From NCBI RefSeq assembly GCF_046105845.1, contig NZ_CP151004.1: DNA of 64,000 nucleotides. One strand, given 5' to 3'. Positions within the stretch are counted from its first letter, which is position 1. Each line of letters begins with the position of its first letter. The translations under genes and the position numbers were made by a program. Source of the DNA: Escherichia coli (GTDB taxonomy: Bacteria; Pseudomonadota; Gammaproteobacteria; Enterobacterales; Enterobacteriaceae). This document shows positions 1-11,590 of the stretch, piece by piece. Below the pieces are notes generated by a model. It saw only the letters and a list, made by a program, of their open reading frames with translations. It had not been told where the DNA came from and made no database searches.

Positions 1-379
1 TACTGCTGGTCTGCTGTTGTTGCCAGGCTGCTTCCAGTTTTTGCAGCATCCCGGTAATGCGTGACTCCTGATACGGTTTGAGAATGTAGTCAAACGCTTC
101 CAGTTCAAATGCTTCTACCGCATGTTCTTTCCACGCGGTGATGAACACAATAAACGGTTTATGGGCGAACTGGCTGATGTTTTGCGCCAGCAACACACCG
201 TCCAGCGACGGAATATTGATATCCAGAAAAATGGCGTCGACGCGGTTATGCTGCAAAAACTTCAACACGTCCAGACCGTCGTCAAAGGTGCCGACAATCT
301 CCATCTGGCTGTGCTCTTTAATTAGCCAGCTCAGTTCCTGTTGTGCCAGGAATTCGTCTTCAACAATGATGACTTTCAC
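1..379 (-). CDS. ypdB: LytTR-family response regulator, N-terminal receiver part (3' end outside window)
   Basis: Minus-strand ORF starting GTG at 379 (VKVIIVEDEFLAQQEL...) with receiver-domain motifs; immediately downstream of ypdA as in the K-12 ypdABC operon. Confidence 0.85.
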   Translation of the reverse strand, partial: MKVIIVEDEFLAQQELSWLIKEHSQMEIVGTFDDGLDVLKFLQHNRVDAIFLDINIPSLDGVLLAQNISQFAHKPFIVFITAWKEHAVEAFELEAFDYILKPYQESRITGMLQKLEAAWQQQQTSS

Positions 380-393
380 AATATCACTCCGGC

Positions 394-2091
394 TCAAAGC
401 AATAACGTAGCCTGTGAGGCGACTGGGGTGCGTTGGTTAGGAATGTAAAACGCAATTTCCGTCCCCGGTTCCAGGCGGCGGATATGCAGCCCCTCGCCAT
501 ACAATAACTTCACGCGATGATGGACATTCAGCAGGCCAATTTTATTGCCCGGCATTTCGTTCGCTTCGACCCGCTCAATCACCTTTGGATCGATGCCGTG
601 CCCGGTATCCCGCACCGCAATGCGTACCCGATTACCGCACTCTGCAACGCTGATGGTGACAACGCCTTTACCTTTGCAAGGCTGAATACCGTGGACAATG
701 GCGTTCTCCACCAGCGGCTGGATCAGCAGGCTGGGAATGCAGCAATTCACCTCTTCATCAATATCATAGATAACCGTCAGCTTGTCGCCAAAGCGGGCCT
801 GCTCAATGGCAATATAGTCTTTAATTTGATACAGCTCTTTTTTGATATCGATTTGCTCATCATCTTTTAATTCAATGTTATAGCGCAGATAACGCGACAG
901 ATTAAAGATCAGCTGGCGAGCGGTATCCGGATTCAGACGGATTGACGATGAAATAGCGTTCAAAGCGTTAAACAGGAAATGGGGATTAATTTTGCTTTGC
1001 AGGGCGCGAAGCTCTGCCTTATTTGCCATTTCACGTAGCTGCTCGGCGCGTGAAACCTCCAGTTGCGTGGAGATGATTTGCGACAGACCGACCGCCATTT
1101 CCTGTAATGATGACGTAATCTGATGCGCGTGGCAGTAGTAAATTTTCAGTGTTCCGGTCACAACGCCTTTCTCCCACAATGGGATCACCAGCATGGAATG
1201 AATCTCTGGTGTGCGGTGGGCTTCATCATTGTTTTTAATGATGATTTTTCCGTAATTCATCGCCTGTCGGGTAGTCGGGCTAATGAAGTCATCGCCATTC
1301 TGATAGTTGTGTTCACCCACGCCAACATAGGCCAGCACATGATCGGTATTGGTAATCGCCACCGCATCGGCGTGAATATCATCGCGGATAATTTCACAAA
1401 CTTTGCGTAATGACTCGCTATTGACATGGCGAAACAGCGGCAGCGTTTTGTTGGCGATATCCAGCGCCAGCTTGGCCTGCCGCGCGGCGCTGGCCTCTTT
1501 TTCGCCCTCAACGCTTTGTACCAGCAACACAATAAAGCCGATACAGACGCTGCCGAGGATCATTGGAATCCCGATTTTAGAGACGATATCGATCCCCAAC
1601 GCGGTAGTTGGTGCCCAGACAATCACCAGAATCATGGTCAACGTTTCACATAACATGCCGCCGAGAATACCGACGCGCCAGCGCTGTGCTTTAGGGATTT
1701 TCAGGTTGATCCAGCCCGATATACAACCCGCCAGAATGCTGGTGATAAAGCAGGGGATCGCCGTCACGCCGCCGATATCAATTAAATAACGGTGAATACC
1801 TGCGATCACGCCGGTAATAATGCCTACCCACGGGCCAAACAGAATTCCGCCTGACATCACCGCGATAATACGTACGTTCACCAGCGAGCCTTCTACGGGA
1901 ACGCCGGACCAGGTGCTGAACAGGGCGAACAGCGAGAAAATGGCGGTAACGGCGAGCAGCTCTTTCGGTGAGTGTGCCGACTTGTGCAACAGTTCGCGAA
2001 ACAGGCGGATACGGATGAGAAAGAACAGGCAGATAAGCATTAACGCTGCCCGATCGAAGACCGCCAGCAGCATGTTGAATATTTCGTGCAC
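394..2091 (-). CDS. ypdA: LytS-type sensor histidine kinase
   Basis: 565-aa ORF with N-terminal multi-TM region, GAF-like middle and His-kinase/HATPase C-terminus; synteny with alaC and lpxP. Confidence 0.9.
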
Positions 2092-2467
2092 GGGTGACTC
2101 TGAATAAGGATTAAACCTCTATGATAGGTAACCTGAAGGCTGATGACCAGCAGGCCGTTTTTGAGGAAAAACCACAATTTTAAAAGGGGATTGAAAGATA
2201 AATGGTGTATTAGCAATGCATCTCTTGATAATGCACATCTGCTTGGTAAATTTATTGAAATTATAATGTTAATAAAATGAGTGGTAATTTTCTTGTTAGC
2301 GCAGATAAATTTCCTGTTTTTGAAGTGGAGTTCCTCATTTAAAGCCATTGATAAAAATGTTCTAAAACGCTGGACAGACAGAAATTAATCAGGCTATTTT
2401 CAAAACAGCCACCATCGTGGCAGCGTCGCTCGGACGGTCCGGGCGCTAACGTTAATCTGAGGAAATT

Positions 2468-3706
2468 ATGGCTGACACTCGCCCTGAACGTCGCTTTACG
2501 CGCATTGATCGTCTCCCGCCCTACGTTTTTAATATTACCGCTGAACTGAAAATGGCTGCGCGTCGGCGCGGCGAAGATATTATCGATTTCAGTATGGGTA
2601 ACCCGGACGGTGCGACTCCGCCGCACATCGTCGAAAAATTATGTACGGTGGCCCAGCGCCCGGACACGCATGGTTACTCCACTTCACGCGGCATTCCGCG
2701 GCTACGTCGCGCCATTTCACGCTGGTATCAGGATCGCTACGACGTTGAAATCGACCCGGAATCAGAAGCCATCGTCACTATTGGTTCGAAAGAGGGACTG
2801 GCACATCTGATGCTGGCGACGCTGGATCATGGTGACACGGTGCTGGTGCCGAATCCAAGCTACCCCATTCATATTTATGGCGCGGTGATTGCCGGGGCGC
2901 AGGTACGCTCAGTGCCGCTGGTGGAAGGTGTCGATTTCTTCAATGAACTGGAGCGCGCCATTCGCGAAAGTTATCCGAAACCGAAGATGATGATCCTCGG
3001 CTTCCCGTCGAATCCAACCGCGCAATGCGTGGAGCTGGAGTTCTTCGAAAAGGTTGTGGCGCTGGCGAAACGCTACGATGTGCTGGTGGTCCATGACCTG
3101 GCCTATGCCGATATCGTCTACGATGGCTGGAAAGCGCCGTCAATCATGCAGGTGCCGGGTGCACGCGATGTGGCGGTCGAGTTCTTTACGCTGTCGAAAA
3201 GCTACAACATGGCGGGCTGGCGTATCGGCTTTATGGTTGGCAACAAAACGCTGGTCAGCGCGCTGGCACGTATTAAAAGCTATCACGATTACGGCACCTT
3301 TACGCCGTTGCAGGTGGCAGCGATTGCGGCGCTGGAGGGCGATCAACAGTGCGTGCGCGACATTGCTGAACAGTACAAACGCCGCCGTGATGTACTGGTA
3401 AAAGGGCTGCATGAAGCGGGCTGGATGGTCGAAATGCCGAAGGCTTCGATGTATGTCTGGGCGAAAATCCCGGAACCGTATGCTGCCATGGGCTCGCTGG
3501 AATTTGCCAAGAAGCTGCTGAACGAAGCGAAGGTCTGTGTCTCTCCGGGGATTGGCTTTGGCGACTACGGCGACACGCATGTTCGCTTTGCACTGATTGA
3601 AAACCGCGACCGTATTCGTCAGGCGATTCGTGGAATTAAAGCGATGTTCCGTGCCGATGGTTTACTACCCGCCAGCAGCAAACATATTCACGAAAATGCG
3701 GAATAA
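2468..3706 (+). CDS. alaC: glutamate-pyruvate aminotransferase (PLP-dependent class I aminotransferase)
   Basis: 412-aa ORF starting [21 protein letters not shown]; aminotransferase fold motifs; K-12 synteny. Confidence 0.9.
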   Translation: MADTRPERRFTRIDRLPPYVFNITAELKMAARRRGEDIIDFSMGNPDGATPPHIVEKLCTVAQRPDTHGYSTSRGIPRLRRAISRWYQDRYDVEIDPESEAIVTIGSKEGLAHLMLATLDHGDTVLVPNPSYPIHIYGAVIAGAQVRSVPLVEGVDFFNELERAIRESYPKPKMMILGFPSNPTAQCVELEFFEKVVALAKRYDVLVVHDLAYADIVYDGWKAPSIMQVPGARDVAVEFFTLSKSYNMAGWRIGFMVGNKTLVSALARIKSYHDYGTFTPLQVAAIAALEGDQQCVRDIAEQYKRRRDVLVKGLHEAGWMVEMPKASMYVWAKIPEPYAAMGSLEFAKKLLNEAKVCVSPGIGFGDYGDTHVRFALIENRDRIRQAIRGIKAMFRADGLLPASSKHIHENAE

Positions 3707-3728
3707 ACACCGACCTCAAAAATGCAAA

Positions 3729-3755
3729 CAGGAGCCTGATGGCTCCTGTTTTTCA
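3729..3755 (+). terminator. rho-independent terminator downstream of alaC
   Basis: Hairpin CAGGAGCC-TGAT-GGCTCCTG followed by a T-run. Confidence 0.7.
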
Positions 3756-3770
3756 TTGCACAGTTTGCTT

Positions 3771-3842
3771 TTAGATCATCAGGGCAAAAGTACCGGCCCA
3801 AACGATGACCATAAAAGAAATGCCCATAAAGAAATATTTCAC
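3771..3842 (-). CDS. ypdK: small membrane protein (23 aa)
   Basis: Minus-strand 24-codon ORF translating to (V/M)KYFFMGISFMVIVWAGTFALMI, matching the recalled K-12 YpdK small protein; GTG start. Confidence 0.5.
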   Translation of the reverse strand: MKYFFMGISFMVIVWAGTFALMI

Positions 3843-4197
3843 TTTACATCTCTCCGCGTAATTACTGTTACGCCTGAATGACTTCATTACACCTGATACA
3901 GTGAGTTGACACCGGGCAAAACGACCTTAAAAGTCCTGTATTTTACCGTGGGCATCACCCCAGAATTCTGAGCTAAACTGCTCCAGACGGCGCTAATGTA
4001 CGCCTAAAACTGAAACGAGACAAGAGGCATTTTCTTATTTACTTTTAGTAACTTACAGGTGTCTCATATCGGCGACAGTTTAATTTCTGGCGGTAATAAT
4101 TAGAGATTCAGCGAAGGAAAAAACCTTAAGAAAAAAGCCATAAAAACCATGAGGTTATTATGGCTGATTTGAGGAGGGAAAGAGTAAGAGCAGTTTG

Positions 4198-5118
4198 TTA
4201 AATGTATAGCGACGATTCTCCCACCGGGCGCGTTTTAAAGCGACGGTGGATCCAGAGGTACTGCTCCGGTGCGCGCATGATCTCTTTTTCGATAATCTTG
4301 TTCATATAGGCAGCGGCTTGATTTTCATCTGCCGGGTAGCCTTCCATCTCTGGGGTGATGTACAAACGATATCCGCTGTAATCCGCTTTTCTTACCATCG
4401 TTACGGTTAACATGGCTGCGCCAGAGAGACGTGAAAGGACATACGTACCATTGGTTGTGGCAACATTTTCCACCGCAAAGAACGGCGCGAAGGAGCTGCC
4501 TTTACGACCATAATCCTGATCGGGAGCAAACCATACCGCTTCACCTTTCTTCAGTGCACCGACAATGCCGCGCAGATTATTTCTGCCGATCATCGCTTTG
4601 TTAGAGCGCATGCGCCCACGGGTCTGCACCCATTCCATCAGCTGATTATTATGTGGACGATAGGTAGCCATCATTGGTTGGCACAGTCCCATCACGCGGC
4701 CGCCCAGTTCCAGCGACATAAAATGGACGCCGACAACCATTACGCCGCGATTTTGCATTTGTGCGCGTTTAAGGTTATCCAACCCTTCAACATCAAACCA
4801 TTTACGTACGCGACTGTCGGGCCAGAACCACGCCATGCCGGTTTCTACCAGCGCCATGCCGAGTGAACGAAAGTTTTCGGCAATCATCTTCTCGCGTTCT
4901 TCCGCAGAATGCTGTGGGAAACAAAGTTCCAGGTTTTTACGGGCGATAGATTCACGCCGTTTCAGGAATGGTCGCGCTATTGCGCCAATACGCGTGCCGA
5001 GAAAGCAGAGAACAGGATAAGGAAGCTGTACCCAAAGCCAGAGTACACCAAGCCCAAACCATGTGAGCCAGTAGCGAGGATGTAGAAACTCGCGGGAAAA
5101 TTTGCATTGTGGAAACAT
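4198..5118 (-). CDS. lpxP: lipid A palmitoleoyl acyltransferase (cold-induced)
   Basis: ORF track 4198..5184; the start is placed at the internal Met (MFPQCKFSREFLHPRYW...) to give the 306-aa length recalled for LpxP; LpxL/LpxP family. Confidence 0.85.
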   Translation of the reverse strand: MFPQCKFSREFLHPRYWLTWFGLGVLWLWVQLPYPVLCFLGTRIGAIARPFLKRRESIARKNLELCFPQHSAEEREKMIAENFRSLGMALVETGMAWFWPDSRVRKWFDVEGLDNLKRAQMQNRGVMVVGVHFMSLELGGRVMGLCQPMMATYRPHNNQLMEWVQTRGRMRSNKAMIGRNNLRGIVGALKKGEAVWFAPDQDYGRKGSSFAPFFAVENVATTNGTYVLSRLSGAAMLTVTMVRKADYSGYRLYITPEMEGYPADENQAAAYMNKIIEKEIMRAPEQYLWIHRRFKTRPVGESSLYI

Positions 5119-5470
5119 AGTTACCTTCTGTAGATACGAATTGTTGTATCGCAGAAGATTCCATGTCGACAGCGGTACACTCAATTGGTTGGGCCATCAT
5201 GTACGACAATGGTTCCTGTAAAGAGTGTAAAGACTAGTCAGGACATAACCACGAGGAGCATGAATGCGGTGGCTCTACTTTATCACTGGCTGACTGCTTT
5301 CAGCTACTGATTATTAATCGTGCAAAGTAAAAAGTTTTCCCCACGCAATAGTGTTGCATTTAAGGTGCTGTTTTCATTGATGCTTAGCAAAAATTGCCAG
5401 AGGTTAAGGATTGTCTTACTATTAAAGTGACTGAAGTTACAGGTTTTTTAGCGCGGCAGGAGGTTGAGCT

Positions 5471-5713
5471 ATGATTTATTTATGGATGTTTCTCGCCCTG
5501 TGTATTGTCTGCGTAAGCGGCTACATTGGTCAGGTCCTGAACGTGGTATCGGCGGTCTCTTCTTTCTTCGGCATGGTGATCCTCGCTGCACTCATTTATT
5601 ACTTCACCATGTGGTTAACTGGCGGTAATGAACTGGTGACGGGGATATTTATGTTTCTTGCCCCTGCTTGTGGCTTGATGATTCGCTTTATGGTGGGGTA
5701 TGGCAGGCGGTAG
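5471..5713 (+). CDS. yfdY: small inner-membrane protein
   Basis: 80-aa hydrophobic ORF; position between lpxP and ypdI as in K-12. Confidence 0.75.
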   Translation: MIYLWMFLALCIVCVSGYIGQVLNVVSAVSSFFGMVILAALIYYFTMWLTGGNELVTGIFMFLAPACGLMIRFMVGYGRR

Positions 5714-5789
5714 TGGGTCAGGATGGTTCATTTGGGCAGGTGTTCACATCAGCATCAGACATGATTGTTCACCTGCCATGTGACAGACG

Positions 5790-6065
5790 CTATCGCACAG
5801 GATGAATAAGATAATTCGCCTTTGTCGAAAAAGGGGGCGTAATGTCTTCTGTGAGATTTAATGGTGGCGCATCTTCTCTCATCTTAAACAAAATCGCCTG
5901 TGATGGCTGAAGTTTTGTAGAGTGTGTGGTCGTCATCGCTGACGTTTTTTCCGTCTCTTTATAGCTCGCCTCACTACCACCACCAGAAATAGAAAATGCA
6001 AAAACATTGCATGCCATAATAGAGACCAATAAAAATAAGCTAAAAAGCATTAAGTTTACTTTCAT
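5790..6065 (-). CDS. ypdI: predicted lipoprotein
   Basis: 91-aa ORF with signal peptide and lipobox (SIMAC); K-12 synteny. Confidence 0.75.
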   Translation of the reverse strand: MKVNLMLFSLFLLVSIMACNVFAFSISGGGSEASYKETEKTSAMTTTHSTKLQPSQAILFKMREDAPPLNLTEDITPPFSTKANYLIHPVR

Positions 6066-6207
6066 AGAAAGTTATCCTGAAAATGGTTCACTGAAAACCT
6101 ACGACGTTATTGCTGTATTTACATATAATTAATCAGTATTTACATCGATATAATAAATGACATCTCTTTTTGGTATATAAGAATAGTTCTCTGTGACAGG
6201 AAGCATA

Positions 6208-6225
6208 TTCCTACAATTGTAAGAC
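6208..6225. promoter_or_regulatory. EvgA box upstream of yfdX
   Basis: TTCCTACAATTGTAAGAC matches the 18-bp EvgA inverted-repeat consensus TTCPyTACA-N2-TGTAPuGAA. Confidence 0.65.
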
Positions 6226-6360
6226 TAAAATACTTCTTGCGATAATAACTACAACTGTAAGATAACCCTTTCAAAATGACCGTTGCTCTCTGATTTCTCA
6301 TTTCATACTCACCCAATATGATGGCGGCGTTTTCTAAAACTGTTAAAGAATGAGGTAAGT

Positions 6361-6993
6361 ATGAAACGTTTAATTATGGCTACGATGGTCACAGCAATTC
6401 TGGCATCTTCAACTGTATGGGCGGCTGATAATGCACCGGTAGCGGCACAACAGCAAACTCAGCAAGTTCAGCAAACCCAGAAAACGGCAGCAGCAGAGCG
6501 TATCTCTGAACAAGGTTTATATGCGATGCGTGACGTGCAGGTAGCGCGCCTGGCTCTGTTTCATGGCGATCCGGAAAAGGCAAAAGAACTGACCAATGAA
6601 GCTTCAGCTTTGTTGTCAGATGACAGTACCGAATGGGCAAAGTTCGCTAAGCCAGGTAAAAAAACCAATGTCAATGATGACCAATATATTGTCATTAATG
6701 CATCTATCGGAATTTCTGAGAGTTATGTAGCGACACCCGAAAAAGAAGCCGCGATAAAAATTGCCAACGAAAAAATGGCGAAAGGGGATAAAAAGGGCGC
6801 AATGGAAGAGCTTCGCCTGGCCGGTGTTGGCGTAATGGAAAACCAATATCTGATGCCGCTCAAACAGACTCGTAATGCACTTGCTGATGCGCAGAAACTG
6901 CTTGATAAAAAGCAATACTACGAGGCAAACCTGGCGCTTAAAGGTGCGGAAGATGGAATCATCGTCGATAGCGAAGCACTGTTTGTGAACTAA
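6361..6993 (+). CDS. yfdX: EvgA-regulated periplasmic protein (YfdX family)
   Basis: 210-aa ORF with signal peptide ([21 protein letters not shown]); K-12 synteny. Confidence 0.85.
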   Translation: MKRLIMATMVTAILASSTVWAADNAPVAAQQQTQQVQQTQKTAAAERISEQGLYAMRDVQVARLALFHGDPEKAKELTNEASALLSDDSTEWAKFAKPGKKTNVNDDQYIVINASIGISESYVATPEKEAAIKIANEKMAKGDKKGAMEELRLAGVGVMENQYLMPLKQTRNALADAQKLLDKKQYYEANLALKGAEDGIIVDSEALFVN

Positions 6994-7236
6994 TGCTGAC
7001 AGGCAGTATATTGAGGTAAAGGATTTAACTCCCTCCAGCCGACAATTTTTTATGACCACAATACGACAGATTGTGGTCATAAAATTATTTGGCGCTCGCG
7101 GTTCTATAAACTCGCATTTTATCTTCCTCAAAGTAAACCGCAATAATCCCGTGTCATCACAAATCATTTATTATGTTATGTTTTATGGTACGCTTTAAAA
7201 AGCGTAATCATACCCTTACTTGTAAATCACCGGCGC

Positions 7237-7254
7237 TTCTTACAGTTGTAAGAA
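7237..7254. promoter_or_regulatory. EvgA box upstream of frc
   Basis: TTCTTACAGTTGTAAGAA is a perfect match to the EvgA inverted-repeat consensus. Confidence 0.7.
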
Positions 7255-7505
7255 TAACATCACAAATGTCGCGGCTCTCTCTGATTACCGCGAACCAATA
7301 TTTATCATATTCTTCTTTTCGTCCTCACTACTTACCATGCAGAAAGGAATTGGAAGTGGCGATGAAATGATTTTCAGCACTTGATACAGGAATTTAAAAA
7401 TATCGAGTGCAGCTACGACGATATTTTGCGGATTATTTATAGAGGGCGTTATGCCTTAAATAAACGCTAAATTAACATATATTTAATTAACTAATAGGTA
7501 TTGCT

Positions 7506-8756
7506 ATGTCAACTCCACTTCAAGGAATTAAAGTTCTCGATTTCACCGGTGTGCAATCTGGCCCATCTTGTACTCAAATGCTGGCCTGGTTTGGCGCTGA
7601 CGTCATTAAAATTGAACGTCCCGGCGTTGGTGACGTAACGCGTCACCAGCTGCGAGATATTCCTGATATCGATGCGCTTTACTTCACCATGCTTAACAGT
7701 AACAAACGTTCTATTGAATTAAATACCAAAACAGCGGAAGGCAAAGAGGTAATGGAAAAGCTGATCCGCGAAGCTGATATCTTAGTCGAGAACTTTCATC
7801 CTGGGGCCATTGATCACATGGGCTTCACCTGGGAGCATATTCAAGAAATCAATCCACGTCTGATTTTTGGTTCGATCAAAGGGTTTGATGAGTGTTCGCC
7901 TTATGTGAATGTAAAAGCCTATGAAAACGTTGCTCAGGCAGCGGGTGGCGCGGCATCCACTACGGGTTTTTGGGACGGTCCGCCGCTGGTAAGCGCTGCA
8001 GCGTTGGGTGACAGCAACACCGGAATGCATTTACTGATCGGTTTACTTGCTGCTTTGCTGCATCGCGAAAAAACGGGGCGTGGGCAACGAGTCACCATGT
8101 CAATGCAGGATGCCGTATTGAACCTTTGCCGCGTGAAATTACGCGACCAGCAGCGTCTCGATAAATTGGGTTATCTGGAAGAATACCCGCAGTATCCGAA
8201 TGGCACATTTGGTGATGCAGTTCCCCGCGGAGGTAATGCGGGTGGTGGCGGTCAGCCTGGCTGGATCCTGAAATGTAAAGGCTGGGAAACCGATCCTAAC
8301 GCCTATATTTATTTCACTATTCAGGAGCAAAACTGGGAAAACACCTGTAAAGCCATCGGCAAACCAGATTGGATTACCGATCCGGCATACAGTACAGCCC
8401 ATGCCCGACAGCCACATATTTTCGATATTTTTGCTGAAATCGAAAAATACACTGTCACTATTGATAAACATGAAGCGGTGGCCTATTTGACTCAGTTTGA
8501 TATTCCTTGTGCACCGGTTTTAAGTATGAAAGAAATTTCACTTGATCCCTCTTTGCGCCAAAGTGGCAGTGTTGTTGAAGTGGAACAACCGTTGCGTGGA
8601 AAATATCTGACAGTTGGTTGTCCAATGAAATTCTCTGCCTTTACGCCGGATATTAAAGCTGCGCCGCTATTAGGTGAACATACCGCTGCTGTATTGCAGG
8701 AGCTGGGTTATAGCGACGATGAAATTGCTGCAATGAAGCAAAACCACGCCATCTGA
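7506..8756 (+). CDS. frc: formyl-CoA:oxalate CoA-transferase
   Basis: 416-aa ORF, family III CoA-transferase ([40 protein letters not shown]); synteny with oxc. Confidence 0.9.
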   Translation: MSTPLQGIKVLDFTGVQSGPSCTQMLAWFGADVIKIERPGVGDVTRHQLRDIPDIDALYFTMLNSNKRSIELNTKTAEGKEVMEKLIREADILVENFHPGAIDHMGFTWEHIQEINPRLIFGSIKGFDECSPYVNVKAYENVAQAAGGAASTTGFWDGPPLVSAAALGDSNTGMHLLIGLLAALLHREKTGRGQRVTMSMQDAVLNLCRVKLRDQQRLDKLGYLEEYPQYPNGTFGDAVPRGGNAGGGGQPGWILKCKGWETDPNAYIYFTIQEQNWENTCKAIGKPDWITDPAYSTAHARQPHIFDIFAEIEKYTVTIDKHEAVAYLTQFDIPCAPVLSMKEISLDPSLRQSGSVVEVEQPLRGKYLTVGCPMKFSAFTPDIKAAPLLGEHTAAVLQELGYSDDEIAAMKQNHAI

Positions 8757-8809
8757 TATTAACGGGGGCTTCTGGCTCCCAATTTATAAAAATTTCGAGG
8801 TTATTAATC

Positions 8810-10504
8810 ATGTCAGATCAACTTCAAATGACAGATGGTATGCATATCATCGTTGAAGCATTAAAACAGAATGATATTGACACTATTTATGGTGTTGTAG
8901 GTATTCCTGTGACGGATATGGCACGCCATGCCCAGGCGGAAGGCATTCGTTATATTGGTTTTCGTCATGAGCAGTCGGCAGGCTATGCCGCTGCGGCAAG
9001 CGGTTTTCTTACCCAAAAACCGGGGATCTGCCTGACAGTTTCTGCGCCAGGATTCCTCAATGGTTTGACCGCATTGGCCAATGCAACGGTAAATGGTTTT
9101 CCGATGATCATGATTAGCGGCTCCAGCGACCGCGCGATCGTCGACCTACAGCAAGGTGATTATGAAGAGCTGGACCAAATGAATGCGGCAAAACCGTATG
9201 CCAAAGCAGCATTCCGCGTTAATCAGCCGCAGGATCTTGGCATTGCATTGGCACGCGCTATCCGGGTCTCAGTATCGGGTCGCCCTGGCGGAGTTTATCT
9301 TGATTTACCAGCAAATGTCCTGGCCGCGACGATGGAAAAAGACGAAGCGTTAACCACGATTGTAAAAGTTGAAAATCCGTCGCCAGCATTATTGCCATGC
9401 CCGAAGTCAGTCACTAGCGCAATTTCGCTTTTAGCAAAAGCTGAACGTCCATTAGTTATCCTTGGCAAAGGCGCGGCGTATTCACAAGCGGATGAACAGC
9501 TTCGTGAATTTATTGAAAGTGCCCAGATTCCATTCCTGCCAATGTCTATGGCGAAAGGGATCCTCGAAGATACACATCCACTTTCTGCGGCAACTGCGCG
9601 TTCGTTTGCCCTGGCAAATGCTGACGTTGTCATGCTTGTTGGTGCACGACTGAATTGGTTACTGGCACACGGTAAAAAAGGATGGGCGGCAGATACACAG
9701 TTTATTCAACTGGATATTGAACCGCAGGAAATTGACAGCAACCGCCCCATTGCTGTGCCAGTCGTTGGCGATATTGCATCCAGTATGCAAGATATGCTGG
9801 CAGAACTGAAAAAAAACACATTTACGACTCCACTGGTATGGCGCGATATTTTAAATATCCACAAGCAGCAAAATGCACAAAAAATGCATGAAAAATTAAG
9901 TACAGATACTCAACCATTAAATTACTTTAATGCATTAAGTGCTGTGCGCGATGTATTGCGCGAGAACCAGGATATTTATTTAGTTAATGAAGGTGCAAAT
10001 ACCCTGGATAATGCACGAAATATTATTGATATGTATAAACCACGTCGCCGTCTGGATTGTGGTACCTGGGGTGTCATGGGCATCGGTATGGGCTATGCCA
10101 TCGGTGCTAGCGTGACCTCTGGTTCTCCGGTTGTCGCCATTGAAGGTGATAGTGCTTTTGGTTTCAGTGGGATGGAGATTGAAACGATTTGTCGATATAA
10201 CCTGCCGGTGACGGTCGTTATTTTTAATAATGGCGGCATCTACAGAGGAGACGGTGTTGATCTCAGTGGCGCTGGTGCACCATCACCAACAGATCTATTG
10301 CACCATGCAAGGTATGACAAATTAATGGATGCGTTTCGTGGCGTTGGCTATAACGTCACTACGACAGATGAACTTCGTCATGCTTTAACCACCGGTATTC
10401 AGTCGCGCAAACCGACCATTATTAATGTGGTCATCGACCCTGCAGCAGGAACTGAAAGTGGCCATATTACCAAACTTAACCCAAAACAAGTCGCTGGTAA
10501 TTAA
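8810..10504 (+). CDS. oxc: oxalyl-CoA decarboxylase (ThDP-dependent)
   Basis: 564-aa ORF with ThDP-binding motif ([31 protein letters not shown]). Confidence 0.9.
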   Translation: MSDQLQMTDGMHIIVEALKQNDIDTIYGVVGIPVTDMARHAQAEGIRYIGFRHEQSAGYAAAASGFLTQKPGICLTVSAPGFLNGLTALANATVNGFPMIMISGSSDRAIVDLQQGDYEELDQMNAAKPYAKAAFRVNQPQDLGIALARAIRVSVSGRPGGVYLDLPANVLAATMEKDEALTTIVKVENPSPALLPCPKSVTSAISLLAKAERPLVILGKGAAYSQADEQLREFIESAQIPFLPMSMAKGILEDTHPLSAATARSFALANADVVMLVGARLNWLLAHGKKGWAADTQFIQLDIEPQEIDSNRPIAVPVVGDIASSMQDMLAELKKNTFTTPLVWRDILNIHKQQNAQKMHEKLSTDTQPLNYFNALSAVRDVLRENQDIYLVNEGANTLDNARNIIDMYKPRRRLDCGTWGVMGIGMGYAIGASVTSGSPVVAIEGDSAFGFSGMEIETICRYNLPVTVVIFNNGGIYRGDGVDLSGAGAPSPTDLLHHARYDKLMDAFRGVGYNVTTTDELRHALTTGIQSRKPTIINVVIDPAAGTESGHITKLNPKQVAGN

Positions 10505-10572
10505 ATACTGACATCGTCTCCTCTTGCCAACTCATTATCGATGGTGAGGGGACCCTTATCGGAAATACTATT

Positions 10573-11517
10573 ATGCTAACATTTTTTATTGGCGATTTAT
10601 TGCCTATTATCGTAATCATGCTGTTGGGTTATTTTAGCGGCAGACGAGAAACTTTTTCAGAAGATCAAGCCCGGGCATTTAATAAACTGGTATTAAACTA
10701 CGCTCTTCCTGCGGCCCTATTTGTTTCTATTACCCGGGCAAATAGGGAAATGATTTTTGCGGACACTCGCCTGACCCTTGTATCACTTGTGGTTATTGTC
10801 GGATGTTTCTTTTTCTCCTGGTTTGGTTGCTACAAATTTTTTAAACGTACTCATGCAGAAGCAGCAGTATGTGCATTAATTGCAGGTTCACCTACCATCG
10901 GATTCCTGGGATTTGCAGTTCTCGATCCTATTTATGGTGATTCCGTATCAACAGGTTTAGTTGTAGCAATTATTTCTATTATTGTTAACGCAATTACTAT
11001 TCCTATTGGTCTGTATTTGCTGAATCCTTCCTCAGGAGCAGATGGTAAGAAGAATAGTAATCTGAGCGCATTAATTTCTGCGGCAAAGGAGCCAGTAGTA
11101 TGGGCACCTGTTCTGGCAACGATCCTGGTGTTGGTTGGGGTAAAAATTCCGGCAGCATGGGACCCAACCTTTAATCTGATTGCGAAGGCTAACTCAGGGG
11201 TAGCGGTATTCGCTGCGGGGTTGACTCTGGCTGCACATAAATTCGAGTTCAGTGCTGAAATTGCTTATAACACCTTCCTGAAGCTGATTCTGATGCCACT
11301 GGTGCTGCTTCTCGTGGGTATGGCATGTCATTTGAACAGCGAACATTTGCAGATGATGGTACTGGCAGGCGCCTTACCGCCGGCATTCTCCGGAATCATT
11401 ATTGCCAGCCGGTTTAATGTCTACACCCGCACTGGTACAGCATCATTGGCTGTGAGCGTACTGGGCTTTGTCGTCACGGCTCCTTTGTGGATTTATGTCA
11501 GTCGACTGGTTTCATAA
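10573..11517 (+). CDS. yfdV: AEC-family membrane transporter
   Basis: 314-aa polytopic membrane ORF; K-12 synteny. Confidence 0.85.
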   Translation: MLTFFIGDLLPIIVIMLLGYFSGRRETFSEDQARAFNKLVLNYALPAALFVSITRANREMIFADTRLTLVSLVVIVGCFFFSWFGCYKFFKRTHAEAAVCALIAGSPTIGFLGFAVLDPIYGDSVSTGLVVAIISIIVNAITIPIGLYLLNPSSGADGKKNSNLSALISAAKEPVVWAPVLATILVLVGVKIPAAWDPTFNLIAKANSGVAVFAAGLTLAAHKFEFSAEIAYNTFLKLILMPLVLLLVGMACHLNSEHLQMMVLAGALPPAFSGIIIASRFNVYTRTGTASLAVSVLGFVVTAPLWIYVSRLVS

Positions 11518-11590
11518 TTAATCATGTTATTGATTTTACATAAATGCCGAAGTGTCTTTTCACCTTCGGCTTTTTTCAAGGCATAAGCAA

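Noticed and set aside
3597-3881. 94-aa plus-strand ORF overlapping the alaC 3' end
   Set aside because: Overlaps the alaC terminator and is antisense to the ypdK small ORF; no RBS.
6616-7167. 183-aa minus-strand ORF
   Set aside because: Antisense to and overlapping yfdX and its EvgA-regulated promoter; low-complexity translation; a shadow ORF.
7173-7370. 65-aa ORF in the yfdX-frc intergenic region
   Set aside because: Overlaps the EvgA box and promoter region, has no RBS and an atypical composition; K-12 has no gene here to my knowledge.
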